Source of the DNA: Anaerolineae bacterium
Lineage (GTDB): Bacteria > Chloroflexota > Anaerolineae > B4-G1 > SLSP01
Direction: 5' to 3'
DNA length: 41,474 nucleotides
Assembly: GCA_034432995.1 (NCBI GenBank)
Contig: DAOUAY010000624.1
Span: forward strand, 1 to 41,474
Position numbers and translations under genes: made by a program. Shown piece by piece: positions 1-9,118 of the stretch (position 1 is the stretch's first letter; each line of letters begins with the position of its first letter). Under the pieces are notes generated by a model. That model was not told where the DNA came from. It ran no database searches and was given only the letters and a program-made list of their open reading frames with translations.

Positions 1-1175
1 TCGCGCAGCGAAATGCGCGGGAATGTGTGGAGCATCATCCCCAGCGGCAGCGCGAACAGTCCCGCTACGACAACCCACGTTCGCCAACCCGGCGCGCGCC
101 GGGCGACTGCCTCGATGAGCGCCAGCGCCCCCACACCAAGCAGGAACGCCAGCGCCGTGAAGGCATGTAAAAGATAAGCCATCACATCCTGCACCGAGTT
201 GAGCGTGAAGCCCAAATGGCCGAGGAGAAACAGCCCCCACAACAACGCCAGCCGGGGGCGGCGCAACAGCAACCAGGCGATTCCCACACCGATCAAGAGC
301 AGCAGCGGCCAGGCATACTGCAAGCGCAGGAGCGTCCAAAACACGCGCAGCCGGTCGAATTGATCCGCCAGCCCAAAATAGAAGAGGTTGACCCGCAGCC
401 CCTGGGCCGTCGCGTGACGGAAAAAGCCTTCCCACGTGCGCATATCGGTGGGTCCGAAGGGAACGGCGGGGCTGCGGAGCGGAAAGTAGAGCCAGGGCGA
501 CAAGCCCGCCAGTCCACAGCCGATGAACATCAGCAGCGTCTTCCACTGCGTCAGGATTTTGGGCCGTTGCACCAGGATGTAGATGGCGTAAGCCGGAAGT
601 CCCCACACAGTGATAGGATGGTGCGTCACGCCGATGCCAGCCAGGAAGGCCAGCGCAAATAACCAACGGTCGTGACCTTCGCGAGACCAACGCAGCAGCA
701 GCCATAACTGCGTCGCCGTGATGGCGGCGCTAAAGATGTGCGCGTTGGAGTGAATGCTGTGCTGCCAGAAGTTCGGCGCTACAGCCAATGCCAGCCCGCC
801 AAGTAGCGCTGCTGCCAACGGCCAGCGCCAACCGGCTTCGGCTATACCGTCCAGGCGCACCTCAAGGATCATCAAGAAGACGCGGCTCACCGTCCACGCG
901 CCGGCAACCCCGGCCAGGAGATGCGTGCGAAAAGCGATATCGCCGATGAGGAAAAGGCGCTGCCACACCCCGGCAACCAACGTGTAGAAGGCGTAGCCTG
1001 GCGGATGGGCAATCCCCCAGATCGCCGGGATGAACTGGTACTCAGAGGGGTCGCCGAAGATCGCGCCACGCGCTGCGGTGAGGCTGTAGAGGAACCAGAC
1101 GCTCAAAAAGAGCGCCGCCGCTGCCCACCCCGCCCAACGGCCAGGAGCACCGATATGGCGCGTTCCATCTGTCAA
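1..1175 (-). CDS. DUF2723/TMEM260-like polytopic membrane protein (putative GT39-like glycosyl/mannosyltransferase); the 3' end runs off the window
   Basis: Absent from the ORF track because there is no stop codon inside the window. My reverse-strand translation from TTG at 1175 stays open to position 1. It reads ...GAIFGDPSEYQFIPAIWGIAHPPGYAFYTLVAG...HSIHSNAHIFSAAITATQLWLLLRW...LPLGMMLHTFPRISLR and is hydrophobic and multi-TM. Plus-strand ORFs 216-662 and 921-1406 are antisense shadows. The exact start is uncertain. Confidence 0.7.
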   Translation of the reverse strand, partial: MTDGTRHIGAPGRWAGWAAAALFLSVWFLYSLTAARGAIFGDPSEYQFIPAIWGIAHPPGYAFYTLVAGVWQRLFLIGDIAFRTHLLAGVAGAWTVSRVFLMILEVRLDGIAEAGWRWPLAAALLGGLALAVAPNFWQHSIHSNAHIFSAAITATQLWLLLRWSREGHDRWLFALAFLAGIGVTHHPITVWGLPAYAIYILVQRPKILTQWKTLLMFIGCGLAGLSPWLYFPLRSPAVPFGPTDMRTWEGFFRHATAQGLRVNLFYFGLADQFDRLRVFWTLLRLQYAWPLLLLIGVGIAWLLLRRPRLALLWGLFLLGHLGFTLNSVQDVMAYLLHAFTALAFLLGVGALALIEAVARRAPGWRTWVVVAGLFALPLGMMLHTFPRISLR

Positions 1176-1278
1176 AATCTCCCCACCATCCCGTTTCTGC
1201 AACTCGCCCCCTTGGCTATCGGTACCAAACCAGACGGGGGCATTATACCGCTTTTTTACCACCTGTCGAACGCTTCGA

Positions 1279-1310
1279 GTAGCCTTCAGCGATCAGCCAT
1301 CGGCTCTCAG
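1279..1310. repeat. Degenerate heptanucleotide tandem repeat (about 4.5 units, NTCAGCN-like)
   Basis: tcag/tcgg recurs at 1286, 1293, 1300 and 1307 with an exact 7-nt period. It shares the 13-mer tcagcgatcagcc with the array at 17207-17237. Confidence 0.6.
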
Positions 1311-1318
1311 TTTTGGCC

Positions 1319-1346
1319 TTGCGTTATCCTGATGATTATCTATAAT
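1319..1346 (+). promoter_or_regulatory. Candidate sigma70-type promoter for the metalloprotease gene
   Basis: TTGCGT (1319-1324), a 16-nt spacer, then TATAAT (1341-1346), about 33 nt upstream of the ATG at 1379. AAGGA lies 10 nt before the ATG. Confidence 0.4.
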
Positions 1347-1378
1347 CGAAGAAAGACATCAACTAAAAGGATAGCGAA

Positions 1379-3478
1379 ATGGGAGAAAATCGAAAACTCT
1401 GGATAGGAATTGGCAGCATTGTGGTCGTTGTGCTGCTTCTGGTGGCATGTACCTGTTGCGTGGTGGGTGGAGCAGCGTTCTATCTGTTCAGACGAGCGCC
1501 TTACGGCTACACGCCGACGCCGCCACCTATCTTGGTGCCAATTACGCCGGTCAAACCGGTGACGCCAATATCACCCGATCTGCCGCCCACGATCAGCGCG
1601 CCGCTACCCGGCGAGGCTGAAGAGACACTTGCAGCGCTCCGCGAGGCGCAAATCCCCGACTCCGATCTGCACGAACTGGGCATCCGGTTCCTGGGTGTGC
1701 CGGCAAATACGGCGCGTACCTTGAACACGTCCAATCCTGACTATCCTCTCGGAAGCCGGCGGAAGTTCAATGTCTCGAACGTCGATAACGACGAGCAGTT
1801 TGAGATCTACGCCATCCTGATCTACAAAACGGCGCACGTTTATATGTGGGTTGAAGAGGGCGCTAACGTGGACGAGGACCAACTTCAACAGGCCGCCGAC
1901 CTGTTCGAAGAGCACACCTATCCGACCAACCGCGAGTTCTTTGGCTCTGAATGGACTCCCGGTGTCGACAACGACCCGCACCTGAGCATCCTGCACGCGC
2001 GCAATTTGGGTGAAACTGTCGCTGGCTACTTCTCCAGCCCGGATTCCTACGTGCGCGCCGTGCGCGCCGACTCCAACGAAATGGAGATGTTCTACATCAA
2101 TATCGACAATGTCAACATCGGTGATGACTTCTACAACGGCGTGTTGGCGCACGAATTCCAACACATGATCCACTGGAATAACGACCGTAACGAGGCAACC
2201 TGGCTCAACGAAGGGTGCTCCGAAATGGCGATGGAACTGAACAATCGTGCGCATCCCGGCGGTTACTACAGCGTCGGCGGCAGCGAGTACGATTATTTGC
2301 GCCGCCCCGATACGCAATTGACGACCTGGCCCGAAGGCGTTGCCGGCGATGCTTCAGCCAACTACGGCGGCTCCTATCTCTTCATGAGCTACTTCCTCGA
2401 TCGTTTTGGCGAAGATGCCACTAAAACCCTGGTCAGCCACGACGAAAACAGCATGGACAGCGTGGATCGCATCCTCCAGAACGATCTGGGGCTTTCGATC
2501 ACACACGCCGACCTGTTTGCCGATTGGGCCGTGGCCAATCTGCTGGACAACACCTCATTCGCCGACGGGCGCTATGGCTATCCCAGCATCAGCGTCACCA
2601 AACCCCGTATCGATGCCACATATCGCGTCGGCAACTCGCCGGTCACCAATCGGACCACCGTCAACCAGTACGGCGCGGACTACATCAAGGTGCAGGCCAA
2701 AGTGCCGGTCGTGTTCAGCTTTAGCGGCTCCACCCAGACCGTCTTGATGGATACGCAGGCGTACAGTGGGAAGTACCTCTGGTGGTCCAACCGCGAAGAT
2801 GAATCGGACGCCCGCCTCACGCGCATCGTCGACCTGCGCGGTGCAACCGCAGCAGAATTGCGTTTCTGGGCCTGGTACCACATCGAGGAAGATTGGGATT
2901 ATGCCTACGTCGTCGTCGGGACGACGCCGGAGGGAACGATTCCGGCCGACTTAAGCTCAACCGACATCCAGTGGGAAATCCTGAGTGATAACGAGCTGGG
3001 CTGCCGTTCCACCAATCCCAACGGCAACAACTTCGGCTGTGGATTGACCGGTAAAAGTGCCGACTGGGAGCAACTCAGCGCCGACCTCTCGGCCTACATC
3101 GGGCAGGAAATCGCCCTGCGCTTCGAGTACATCACCGACGCCGCCGTCAATCAATCTGGTTTTGCGCTGGATGATGTGGAAGTGATCGCCGACGGGCAAA
3201 CGCTGTTCTTCGACGACCTGGAAGCTCGCTCGGCCGACTGGATTGCCGAGGGTTTCGTGCGCCACGCCAATATCCTGCCGCAGACCTGGATCGTGCAGAT
3301 GGTCATCGATGGGGCTGAGCCGCAAGTCGAACGCCTGCTGATGCAGAACGGCACGTCCGGCACGTGGACGATCCCCCTGAGCAGCCGGCAGAACGAGGCG
3401 ATCATCATCGTCTCTGCCCTGGCTCCGGTGACGACCGAAATGGCGGCTTATGAGATTCTGCTGGAACCTGCACCATAA
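1379..3478 (+). CDS. Membrane-anchored zinc metalloprotease (gluzincin MA clan; HEFQH...WLNEG motif, immune-inhibitor-A/M6-like C-terminal region)
   Basis: 699-aa ORF with an N-terminal TM helix (IGIGSIVVVVLLLVACTCCVVGGAAF) followed by a Pro-rich linker. HEFQHMIHWNNDRNEATWLNEG gives HExxH plus a downstream Glu in a WLNEG context, as in M1-type gluzincins. The C-terminal DWDYAYVVVG and ALRFEYITDAAVNQSGFALDDVEV resemble InhA/MAM-like domains. Confidence 0.8.
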   Translation: MGENRKLWIGIGSIVVVVLLLVACTCCVVGGAAFYLFRRAPYGYTPTPPPILVPITPVKPVTPISPDLPPTISAPLPGEAEETLAALREAQIPDSDLHELGIRFLGVPANTARTLNTSNPDYPLGSRRKFNVSNVDNDEQFEIYAILIYKTAHVYMWVEEGANVDEDQLQQAADLFEEHTYPTNREFFGSEWTPGVDNDPHLSILHARNLGETVAGYFSSPDSYVRAVRADSNEMEMFYINIDNVNIGDDFYNGVLAHEFQHMIHWNNDRNEATWLNEGCSEMAMELNNRAHPGGYYSVGGSEYDYLRRPDTQLTTWPEGVAGDASANYGGSYLFMSYFLDRFGEDATKTLVSHDENSMDSVDRILQNDLGLSITHADLFADWAVANLLDNTSFADGRYGYPSISVTKPRIDATYRVGNSPVTNRTTVNQYGADYIKVQAKVPVVFSFSGSTQTVLMDTQAYSGKYLWWSNREDESDARLTRIVDLRGATAAELRFWAWYHIEEDWDYAYVVVGTTPEGTIPADLSSTDIQWEILSDNELGCRSTNPNGNNFGCGLTGKSADWEQLSADLSAYIGQEIALRFEYITDAAVNQSGFALDDVEVIADGQTLFFDDLEARSADWIAEGFVRHANILPQTWIVQMVIDGAEPQVERLLMQNGTSGTWTIPLSSRQNEAIIIVSALAPVTTEMAAYEILLEPAP

Positions 3479-3486
3479 GCTTGATT

Positions 3487-3519
3487 CTGGCGAAGGTTGA
3501 AATGCAAAACCTTCGCCAG
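3487..3519 (+). promoter_or_regulatory. Perfect 12-bp stem-loop spanning the protease stop / murI start junction
   Basis: ctggcgaaggtt (3487-3498), loop gaaatgcaa, then aaccttcgccag (3508-3519). The probable murI ATG (3502) lies in the loop and the SD-like gaagg lies in the left arm. Arm sequences recur at 17378-17396 and 22588-22599. Confidence 0.6.
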
Positions 3520-4323
3520 AGTTCCGCTGCATCACCTATCGGTGTGTTCGATTCCGGCGTGGGCGGGCTTTCGGTGTGGCGAGAGATCGTTCGTCAGTTG
3601 CCCACTGAAGACACGCTGTATTTCGCCGACCAGGCGCACATCCCCTACGGGCAGCGGTCGCTGGATGAGGTGCGCCGCCTGACGGAAAACGTCACACGCT
3701 TTCTGCTGGCGCAAGGAGCCAAGCTCATTGTGGTGGCGTGCAACACGGCCTCCGGTGCGGCGCTACACACACTGCGGGAGACGTTCGTCGACGTGCCCTT
3801 CGTGGGGATGGAACCGGCAGTGAAGCCGGCCGTCGAACATACCCGCACCGGCATCGTCGGGGTGATCGCCACAACTGCCACTTTTCAGGGCGACTTATTC
3901 GCCGAATTGGTCCAGCGTTTCGGCGACGGCTTCGACATCCACACACAGGCGTGCCCCGGCCTGGTGGAGGCCGTCGAAGCCGGGGCGCTCGACACGCCGG
4001 AGACGGAGTCGCTGCTGCGGCGATATCTCACTCCCCTGCTGGCTGCCGGCATCGACCAACTGGTGCTGGGCTGCACGCACTATCCCTTCCTCAGTCCGCT
4101 CATCCAGCGCATCGTCGGCCCGGAGGTGAGGCTCATCGATCCCGCCCCCGCTGTCGCCCGGCAGGTGGAGAGGGTGCTGACCCGGCGCAACCTGCTCGCG
4201 CCCCCGGGACACATCGGCCATCACCAGTTCTACACCAGCGGCGATCCGGCGCAATTCGTCGCGATGGCGCTCGTGTTGACCGGTGCAGACCATGTCACAC
4301 ACAGGGCCAACCCGCTTCCTTAA
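3502..4323 (+). CDS. murI: Glutamate racemase
   Basis: IGVFDSGVGGLSV, VVACNTASG and LGCTHYPFL are the two catalytic-Cys motifs of MurI. The ATG at 3502 (MQNLRQSS...) is preferred over the TTG at 3481 given in the track. Confidence 0.93.
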   Translation: MQNLRQSSAASPIGVFDSGVGGLSVWREIVRQLPTEDTLYFADQAHIPYGQRSLDEVRRLTENVTRFLLAQGAKLIVVACNTASGAALHTLRETFVDVPFVGMEPAVKPAVEHTRTGIVGVIATTATFQGDLFAELVQRFGDGFDIHTQACPGLVEAVEAGALDTPETESLLRRYLTPLLAAGIDQLVLGCTHYPFLSPLIQRIVGPEVRLIDPAPAVARQVERVLTRRNLLAPPGHIGHHQFYTSGDPAQFVAMALVLTGADHVTHRANPLP

Positions 4324-4406
4324 CGTGTTCATGGGAGTATAATGAACAAGCAAGGCAAGGAAAAAATCTGAAGGGTATTTCCACTTTGTCAATCGGGAGG
4401 ATTGAA

Positions 4407-4805
4407 ATGTCCAAAAAACTTGTGATGGCAATCATCGTTGTAGGGGCGTTAGTCCTGTATATCTGGGGCATGGTCATCATCGGCAGCGCCAGCCTGAAGG
4501 CAACAGAAAAAGCACCCGAAATCAACAAGCTCTGGGTCGATGTCGTCGCCGCCGTGACCACCGTCCTGGCGATGAATGCAGGCGCATACTTGGGGCTTCC
4601 TGACAGTATAAGGAGCTTTCGGCTTGATTTCAAGGATCCCGAAACCGTCAGAGGGTTGGCGACGGTGATATACGCCATTGTGATTTTTGCCGCGTTTATC
4701 ATCGCCGCGAGCGCCAAATACCCGCACGCATCATTGACCGATATGGGGGGATCTCTGGTTGGATTTATAGCCGGTTTGCTCACTGTCTATCTTGGCAAAG
4801 AGTGA
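4407..4805 (+). CDS. Small integral membrane protein, function unknown (about 4 TM)
   Basis: ATG at 4407 preceded by GGGAGG (4395-4400). It forms the last 133 codons of track ORF 3738-4805, and the rest of that ORF is an R/G/P-rich out-of-frame shadow of murI. Sequence: MSKKLVMAIIVVGALVLYIWGMVIIG... GC content is visibly lower than in the flanks. Confidence 0.65.
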   Translation: MSKKLVMAIIVVGALVLYIWGMVIIGSASLKATEKAPEINKLWVDVVAAVTTVLAMNAGAYLGLPDSIRSFRLDFKDPETVRGLATVIYAIVIFAAFIIAASAKYPHASLTDMGGSLVGFIAGLLTVYLGKE

Positions 4806-4929
4806 ATGTTTTAAACCAACACGAGCAATTTCCGAAGGAGATGCCGGTGCTAACGCACTCCATGCAAGCACGAAAATCTGCCCATGGATTTTTTGCCATT
4901 TGCAATTTGCCATTTTGGAAGGAGGGATT

Positions 4930-5787
4930 ATGAAAGTTCTACGTCGCATGTTAGGGGTGTTAGTGATGATTGCCGGAATATTGGGCCTGCTGCTCGCCCT
5001 GGCCGGACTGGCTGCTGTATGGATCGTCAAACCCACAGTGTCGGTCTATGCCAACGCCACCATCGACACACTCAACAAGAGTGTTGTCACCAGTAAAAGT
5101 GTTATGGTGACGACCGGTGAGGCGTTGGGCGCTACCGTCGACAGTGTGGATGCCCTCTCAGCCATGTTGGAGACAACGGCGGCCACGGTGGAAGATACCA
5201 AACCGATCCTGGATGAGATTGACACCATTATGTCCGTCACCCTGCCTTCGACCCTGAAAGCCACCACAAACTCCCTTTATACAGCCCAGGAAGCCGCTCA
5301 AGTTTTGGAGACCACGATCCAATCGTTAGACGCTTTTCGCTTCCTGCTGGCCGATGTGCCGCTGGTAGGTGAGTTTATCGGGCAGCCAGAACAGTCCTAT
5401 ACCCCAGAGAAGCCGCTGGCGGATACATTGGGCGAACTGGCCACCAACCTGAAAGGTCTGCCGGATACATTTGTCCAAATGTCGGACGATCTCAGTACGA
5501 CCGACGACAACCTGGGATCCATTCAGGAGAATCTGATCACGATGTCGGACAGTGTCGGCCAGATCTCGGTTAGTCTGGGTGAGTACGAAAGGATGGTCGT
5601 GCAATCCCAGTCGTCGATGGATGATTTAGCTACCATCCTCACGAACATGAAGTCTAACCTGCCGACCATCCTCAACGGCACGGCGATGGTGTTGACCTTG
5701 TTTTTGGCCTGGCTGCTGGCGGCGCAAATTGTCATCCTCAGCCAGGGGTGGGAACTGTACCACGGCACGGCAGATCGCATGAAGTGA
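4930..5787 (+). CDS. Bitopic membrane protein with a long helical Thr/Ser/Leu-rich ectodomain, function unknown
   Basis: ATG at 4930 preceded by GGAGGG (4921-4926). N-terminal TM (MLGVLVMIAGILGLLLALAGLAAVWIV) and C-terminal TM (AMVLTLFLAWLLAAQIVILS). The middle is low-complexity helical, reminiscent of YhgE/Pip or MCP-like bundles. Confidence 0.65.
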   Translation: MKVLRRMLGVLVMIAGILGLLLALAGLAAVWIVKPTVSVYANATIDTLNKSVVTSKSVMVTTGEALGATVDSVDALSAMLETTAATVEDTKPILDEIDTIMSVTLPSTLKATTNSLYTAQEAAQVLETTIQSLDAFRFLLADVPLVGEFIGQPEQSYTPEKPLADTLGELATNLKGLPDTFVQMSDDLSTTDDNLGSIQENLITMSDSVGQISVSLGEYERMVVQSQSSMDDLATILTNMKSNLPTILNGTAMVLTLFLAWLLAAQIVILSQGWELYHGTADRMK

Positions 5788-5875
5788 CGCTTCTGCAAAT
5801 TTGTGCGTCTCATATCAATAGGCGCAACATCGAAATTTCCATATATCCGCATCATAAAAATGGAGGCTCAGCAGT

Positions 5876-6103
5876 ATGGAGACAGAAATCACCCTCAATA
5901 CGACTCTCGGTACACTTTTGGATGACCCACAAGCCGAAGCGGTGCTGGATCAATACGTGCCCGGCATCTCTAGCAATCCAATGGTAGGGATGCTCAAAGG
6001 CATGACTCTGAGCAAACTACTCGCCTTGCCACAAGCCGCTCAATTCGGTCTGACCAAAGAAAAGGCCGAAGAGATTCTGGCAGAAATCAACAAGCGAATC
6101 TAG
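5876..6103 (+). CDS. Small soluble hypothetical protein (75 aa)
   Basis: ATG preceded by GGAGG (5863-5867). An acidic helical protein followed by the hairpin at 6136-6155. Confidence 0.55.
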   Translation: METEITLNTTLGTLLDDPQAEAVLDQYVPGISSNPMVGMLKGMTLSKLLALPQAAQFGLTKEKAEEILAEINKRI

Positions 6104-6135
6104 CCCTATCCGCTCATTGTTCTCTTGAACGCTTC

Positions 6136-6155
6136 CGGCGGATGACCATCCGCCG
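6136..6155 (+). terminator. Stem-loop downstream of the 75-aa ORF
   Basis: cggcggatg-ac-catccgccg, which are perfectly complementary 9-nt arms (effective stem about 8 bp). There is no clear T-tract. Confidence 0.4.
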
Positions 6156-6225
6156 TGACTACGGCAGCGTGGGGTGATCATCCCGCGGAGCGTGTGGTTG
6201 GGAAATTTTCGATTGGAGGCGCCCT

Positions 6226-7989
6226 ATGCGAGAAATCGTCCGGTACAGCGTAGTATCAATCCTCTGTGCGTGCCTGCTGGCAGCCTGCCAGGGCGCGACG
6301 CCGAGTGTGTCCCCCACGGCAATAGTTGTCAGCGAGCCAACTTTTACCCCATTGCCCACTACCGCACCCCCCACGGCCACGCCGCCGCCCACCCCGACCG
6401 CCACGGTTGTCCCACTCGATCTTGTCGCCGCTGAAGCGCGCGCGCCGCAGATTACGTCGCCGGTGGGGATGGACGGTGCGCTCGTCCCCGGGACCGGCGG
6501 CATGCCGTGGTGGAACGACGCTGTCTTCTACGAGATTTTCGTGCGCAGCTTCTACGACAGCGATGGCGACGGTATCGGCGACCTCAACGGCCTGATCGAG
6601 CAGCTGGACTACCTCAACGACGGCAATCCCGCCACCACCGACGATCTGGGCGTCACCGGTATCTGGCTGATGCCCATCATGGCGTCACCCAGCTATCACG
6701 GCTACGACGTGACCGATTATTACACGGTCAACCCGGAATACGGCACCAACGCAGACTTCAAACGGCTGATGGCCGAGGCGCACAAGCGGGGTATCGTCAT
6801 CATCATCGACCTGGTGCTCAACCACACTTCCGCGCAACACCCGTGGTTCATCGAGGCGCAAGACCCGAATTCGGAAAGGCACGACTGGTATCGCTGGCGC
6901 GAAACGGGCGGCGCGGGCTGGCACCGGCTGGGCAGCGCCTACTATTTCGGCCTGTTCTGGGATCAGATGCCGGACTTGAATTTCGAGAACCCAGCGGTGA
7001 CCGATGAAATGCTCAACGTCACACGCTTCTGGCTGGAGGAAATGGGCGTCGACGGCTTCCGGTTGGACGCGATCAAGCACCTGATCGAAGAGGGCGAAGA
7101 GACGGAGAACACGGGGGCAACGCTCGATTGGTTCAAGGAGTTCTACGCCTTCTACAAGAGCATCAACCCCAACGCCTTCACCGTAGCCGAGGTGTGGAGT
7201 CCCACGCACATCGTCGCGCAGTACACCGGCGGCAAAGTGGACGTGTGTTTCGAGTTCGATCTGGCGGAAGCGATGCGCGAGGCCGCCTTTAGAGCGCGCA
7301 CGGGCAGCTTGTTGGTGGCACAGGAAAACGTGATCGCCGCTTACTCGCCGGGCCAGTACGCGACGTTCCTGGCCAACCACGACCAGACCCGCACGCGCTC
7401 CACCCTGATGAACGATGAACAGGCCAAAGTTGCGGCGACACTGCAACTCACCTTCCCCGGCATCCCTTTCATCTACTACGGCGAGGAAATCGGTATGCAG
7501 GGGGCCAAGCCCGACGAGAACATCCGCCGCCCGATGCAGTGGACACCCGACGGCGGCTTTAGCACCGGAACGCCCTGGCGCGGCTACTATGAGGATTACG
7601 CTATGCGCAATATCACAACGCAAAACGCGACGCCGGACTCAATTCTCAACCACTATCGCGCCCTGGTCACGCTACGCAACCACCACGCGGCGTTGCGCAT
7701 CGGCGATTGGCAGCAGGTGACGGTGAAAGGGCGGTCGATCTACAGCTACGTTCGCGCCTACGAGGACGAAGTGGTGTTGGTGGTGGTCAATCTGAGCGGG
7801 CAAGCCGTCGCGGACTACACACTCACCCTGGTAAAAGGGCCGTTCACCGCCGCGCACGCTCCCGCGTGGCTGATGGGCGAAGGCGAATTGTATCTACCGC
7901 CCGTCAACGCGGATGGCGGCTTCGACGCCTACCGGCCAATTCCAGTGCTGCCGCCAAATAGCAGCACTGTCATTCAGTACATGCCGTAG
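6226..7989 (+). CDS. GH13 alpha-amylase-family glycoside hydrolase, lipoprotein
   Basis: GGAGG RBS and the lipobox LLAACQG, followed by a Pro/Thr linker. GH13 regions are present: [62 protein letters not shown]. Confidence 0.9.
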   Translation: MREIVRYSVVSILCACLLAACQGATPSVSPTAIVVSEPTFTPLPTTAPPTATPPPTPTATVVPLDLVAAEARAPQITSPVGMDGALVPGTGGMPWWNDAVFYEIFVRSFYDSDGDGIGDLNGLIEQLDYLNDGNPATTDDLGVTGIWLMPIMASPSYHGYDVTDYYTVNPEYGTNADFKRLMAEAHKRGIVIIIDLVLNHTSAQHPWFIEAQDPNSERHDWYRWRETGGAGWHRLGSAYYFGLFWDQMPDLNFENPAVTDEMLNVTRFWLEEMGVDGFRLDAIKHLIEEGEETENTGATLDWFKEFYAFYKSINPNAFTVAEVWSPTHIVAQYTGGKVDVCFEFDLAEAMREAAFRARTGSLLVAQENVIAAYSPGQYATFLANHDQTRTRSTLMNDEQAKVAATLQLTFPGIPFIYYGEEIGMQGAKPDENIRRPMQWTPDGGFSTGTPWRGYYEDYAMRNITTQNATPDSILNHYRALVTLRNHHAALRIGDWQQVTVKGRSIYSYVRAYEDEVVLVVVNLSGQAVADYTLTLVKGPFTAAHAPAWLMGEGELYLPPVNADGGFDAYRPIPVLPPNSSTVIQYMP

Positions 7990-8055
7990 ATCAAACTCTG
8001 TTGAATAACACGTCCTATAAGAATGCATGACGACACTTGCCCGCAGGACTGACCA

Positions 8056-8628
8056 ATGACAAACAACACCTTTCTGCCGCCTCACGGCAACTATGAAGAA
8101 CTGCTTTCCTACCAGAAGGCTCAGGTTATCTATGACCTGACCTTCCGGTTCTGCGAGCGGTTCCTCAAGAAAGGCGACCGCACCATTGACCAAATGGTGC
8201 AGGCCGCCCGCTCCGGCAAGCAAAACATTGTGGAAGGCAGCAAGGCCTCCGTCACCTCCACAGAAATGGAAATCAAGCTGACCAACGTGGCTCGTGCCAG
8301 CCTCGAAGAACTCCTGGAAGATTACCGTGACTTCCTGCGCGTGCGCGATCTGCCCCTGTGGGACAAGGACTCACCGCAAGCCCAATACGTGCGCAAGCTG
8401 GGCGCCAGACCCCACGTGACGTACGAAGCCTACCGTGAGTTCTGCGATACCCGCCCCGCCGAAGTGGTGGCGAATATCGCCATTTGCCTAATTCACCAAG
8501 CCAACTACCTGCTGGACCAACAAATTCGCGGGCTGGAGCGAGACTTCCTTAAAGAAGGCGGCATCCGCGAGCGGATGACCCGCGCCCGCTTGCAAGCGCG
8601 CGACCAACAACTACGAACCCTCAAGTAG
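8056..8628 (+). CDS. Four-helix-bundle protein (23S rRNA intervening-sequence protein family) with suffix domain
   Basis: YQKAQVIYDLTFRFCERFL...DQMVQAARSGKQNIVEGS is typical of the TIGR02436-type family. The 3' end overlaps the convergent HIT gene by 18 nt. Confidence 0.7.
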   Translation: MTNNTFLPPHGNYEELLSYQKAQVIYDLTFRFCERFLKKGDRTIDQMVQAARSGKQNIVEGSKASVTSTEMEIKLTNVARASLEELLEDYRDFLRVRDLPLWDKDSPQAQYVRKLGARPHVTYEAYREFCDTRPAEVVANIAICLIHQANYLLDQQIRGLERDFLKEGGIRERMTRARLQARDQQLRTLK

Positions 8629-9111
8629 CAGCGCATCGAACAGCGGACGAAACGCCGCGTAGGTATCGTCCAGCGACTGCGGGATGACGCGTGTCTCACC
8701 GACCACCGTCATATAATTCACGTCGCCGGCCCAGCGGGGGACAATGTGCAGGTGGACGTGTTCTGCCACCCCGGCCCCCGCCACGTGGCCCTCGTTCACG
8801 CCAATGTTGAACCCCTGCGGAGCGAAGACCTGGCGCAGCACGCGCAGGCAGTGCTGCACCAGTTGCATCGTTTCTAGCAATGTGGCGTCGTCCAACCCTT
8901 CCAGCGTGCCCGTGTGTGTGTAGGGGACGACCATCATGTGGCCGTTTGTATAAGGGAAGCGGTTCAACATCACCGCGCAGCGTTCGCCGCGATAGAGGAT
9001 GTGCTCGACGGCATCGTCCTGGGTCAGCTTGTGACAAAACAAACACCCTGCCGCTTTGTCGTTTTCCCCACGCAGATAAGGCATCCGCCACGGCGCCCAC
9101 AACTGTTTCAT
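8611..9111 (-). CDS. HIT-family nucleotide hydrolase/phosphorylase (Ap4A-phosphorylase-like)
   Basis: Histidine triad HVHLHIVPRW. The N-terminus MKQLWAPWRMPYL resembles Rv2613c-type HIT proteins. The ATG at 9111 lies 8 nt below the atpG stop codon, so I prefer it to the track start at 9147, which would overlap atpG. Confidence 0.85.
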   Translation of the reverse strand: MKQLWAPWRMPYLRGENDKAAGCLFCHKLTQDDAVEHILYRGERCAVMLNRFPYTNGHMMVVPYTHTGTLEGLDDATLLETMQLVQHCLRVLRQVFAPQGFNIGVNEGHVAGAGVAEHVHLHIVPRWAGDVNYMTVVGETRVIPQSLDDTYAAFRPLFDALLLEGS

Positions 9112-9118
9112 CGTTCCC

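Noticed and set aside
216-1406. Plus-strand ORFs 216-662, 754-987 and 921-1406.
   Set aside because: They are antisense to the open minus-strand DUF2723 membrane-protein frame. They are Gln/Arg/Pro-rich with no RBS.
3738-4406. The long plus-strand ORF 3738-4805 (355 aa) suggests a large protein overlapping murI.
   Set aside because: The first roughly 220 codons are Arg/Gly/Pro/His-rich, which is typical of an out-of-frame read through a GC-rich gene, here murI. Only the last 133 codons, from the RBS-preceded ATG at 4407, look like a real (membrane) protein.
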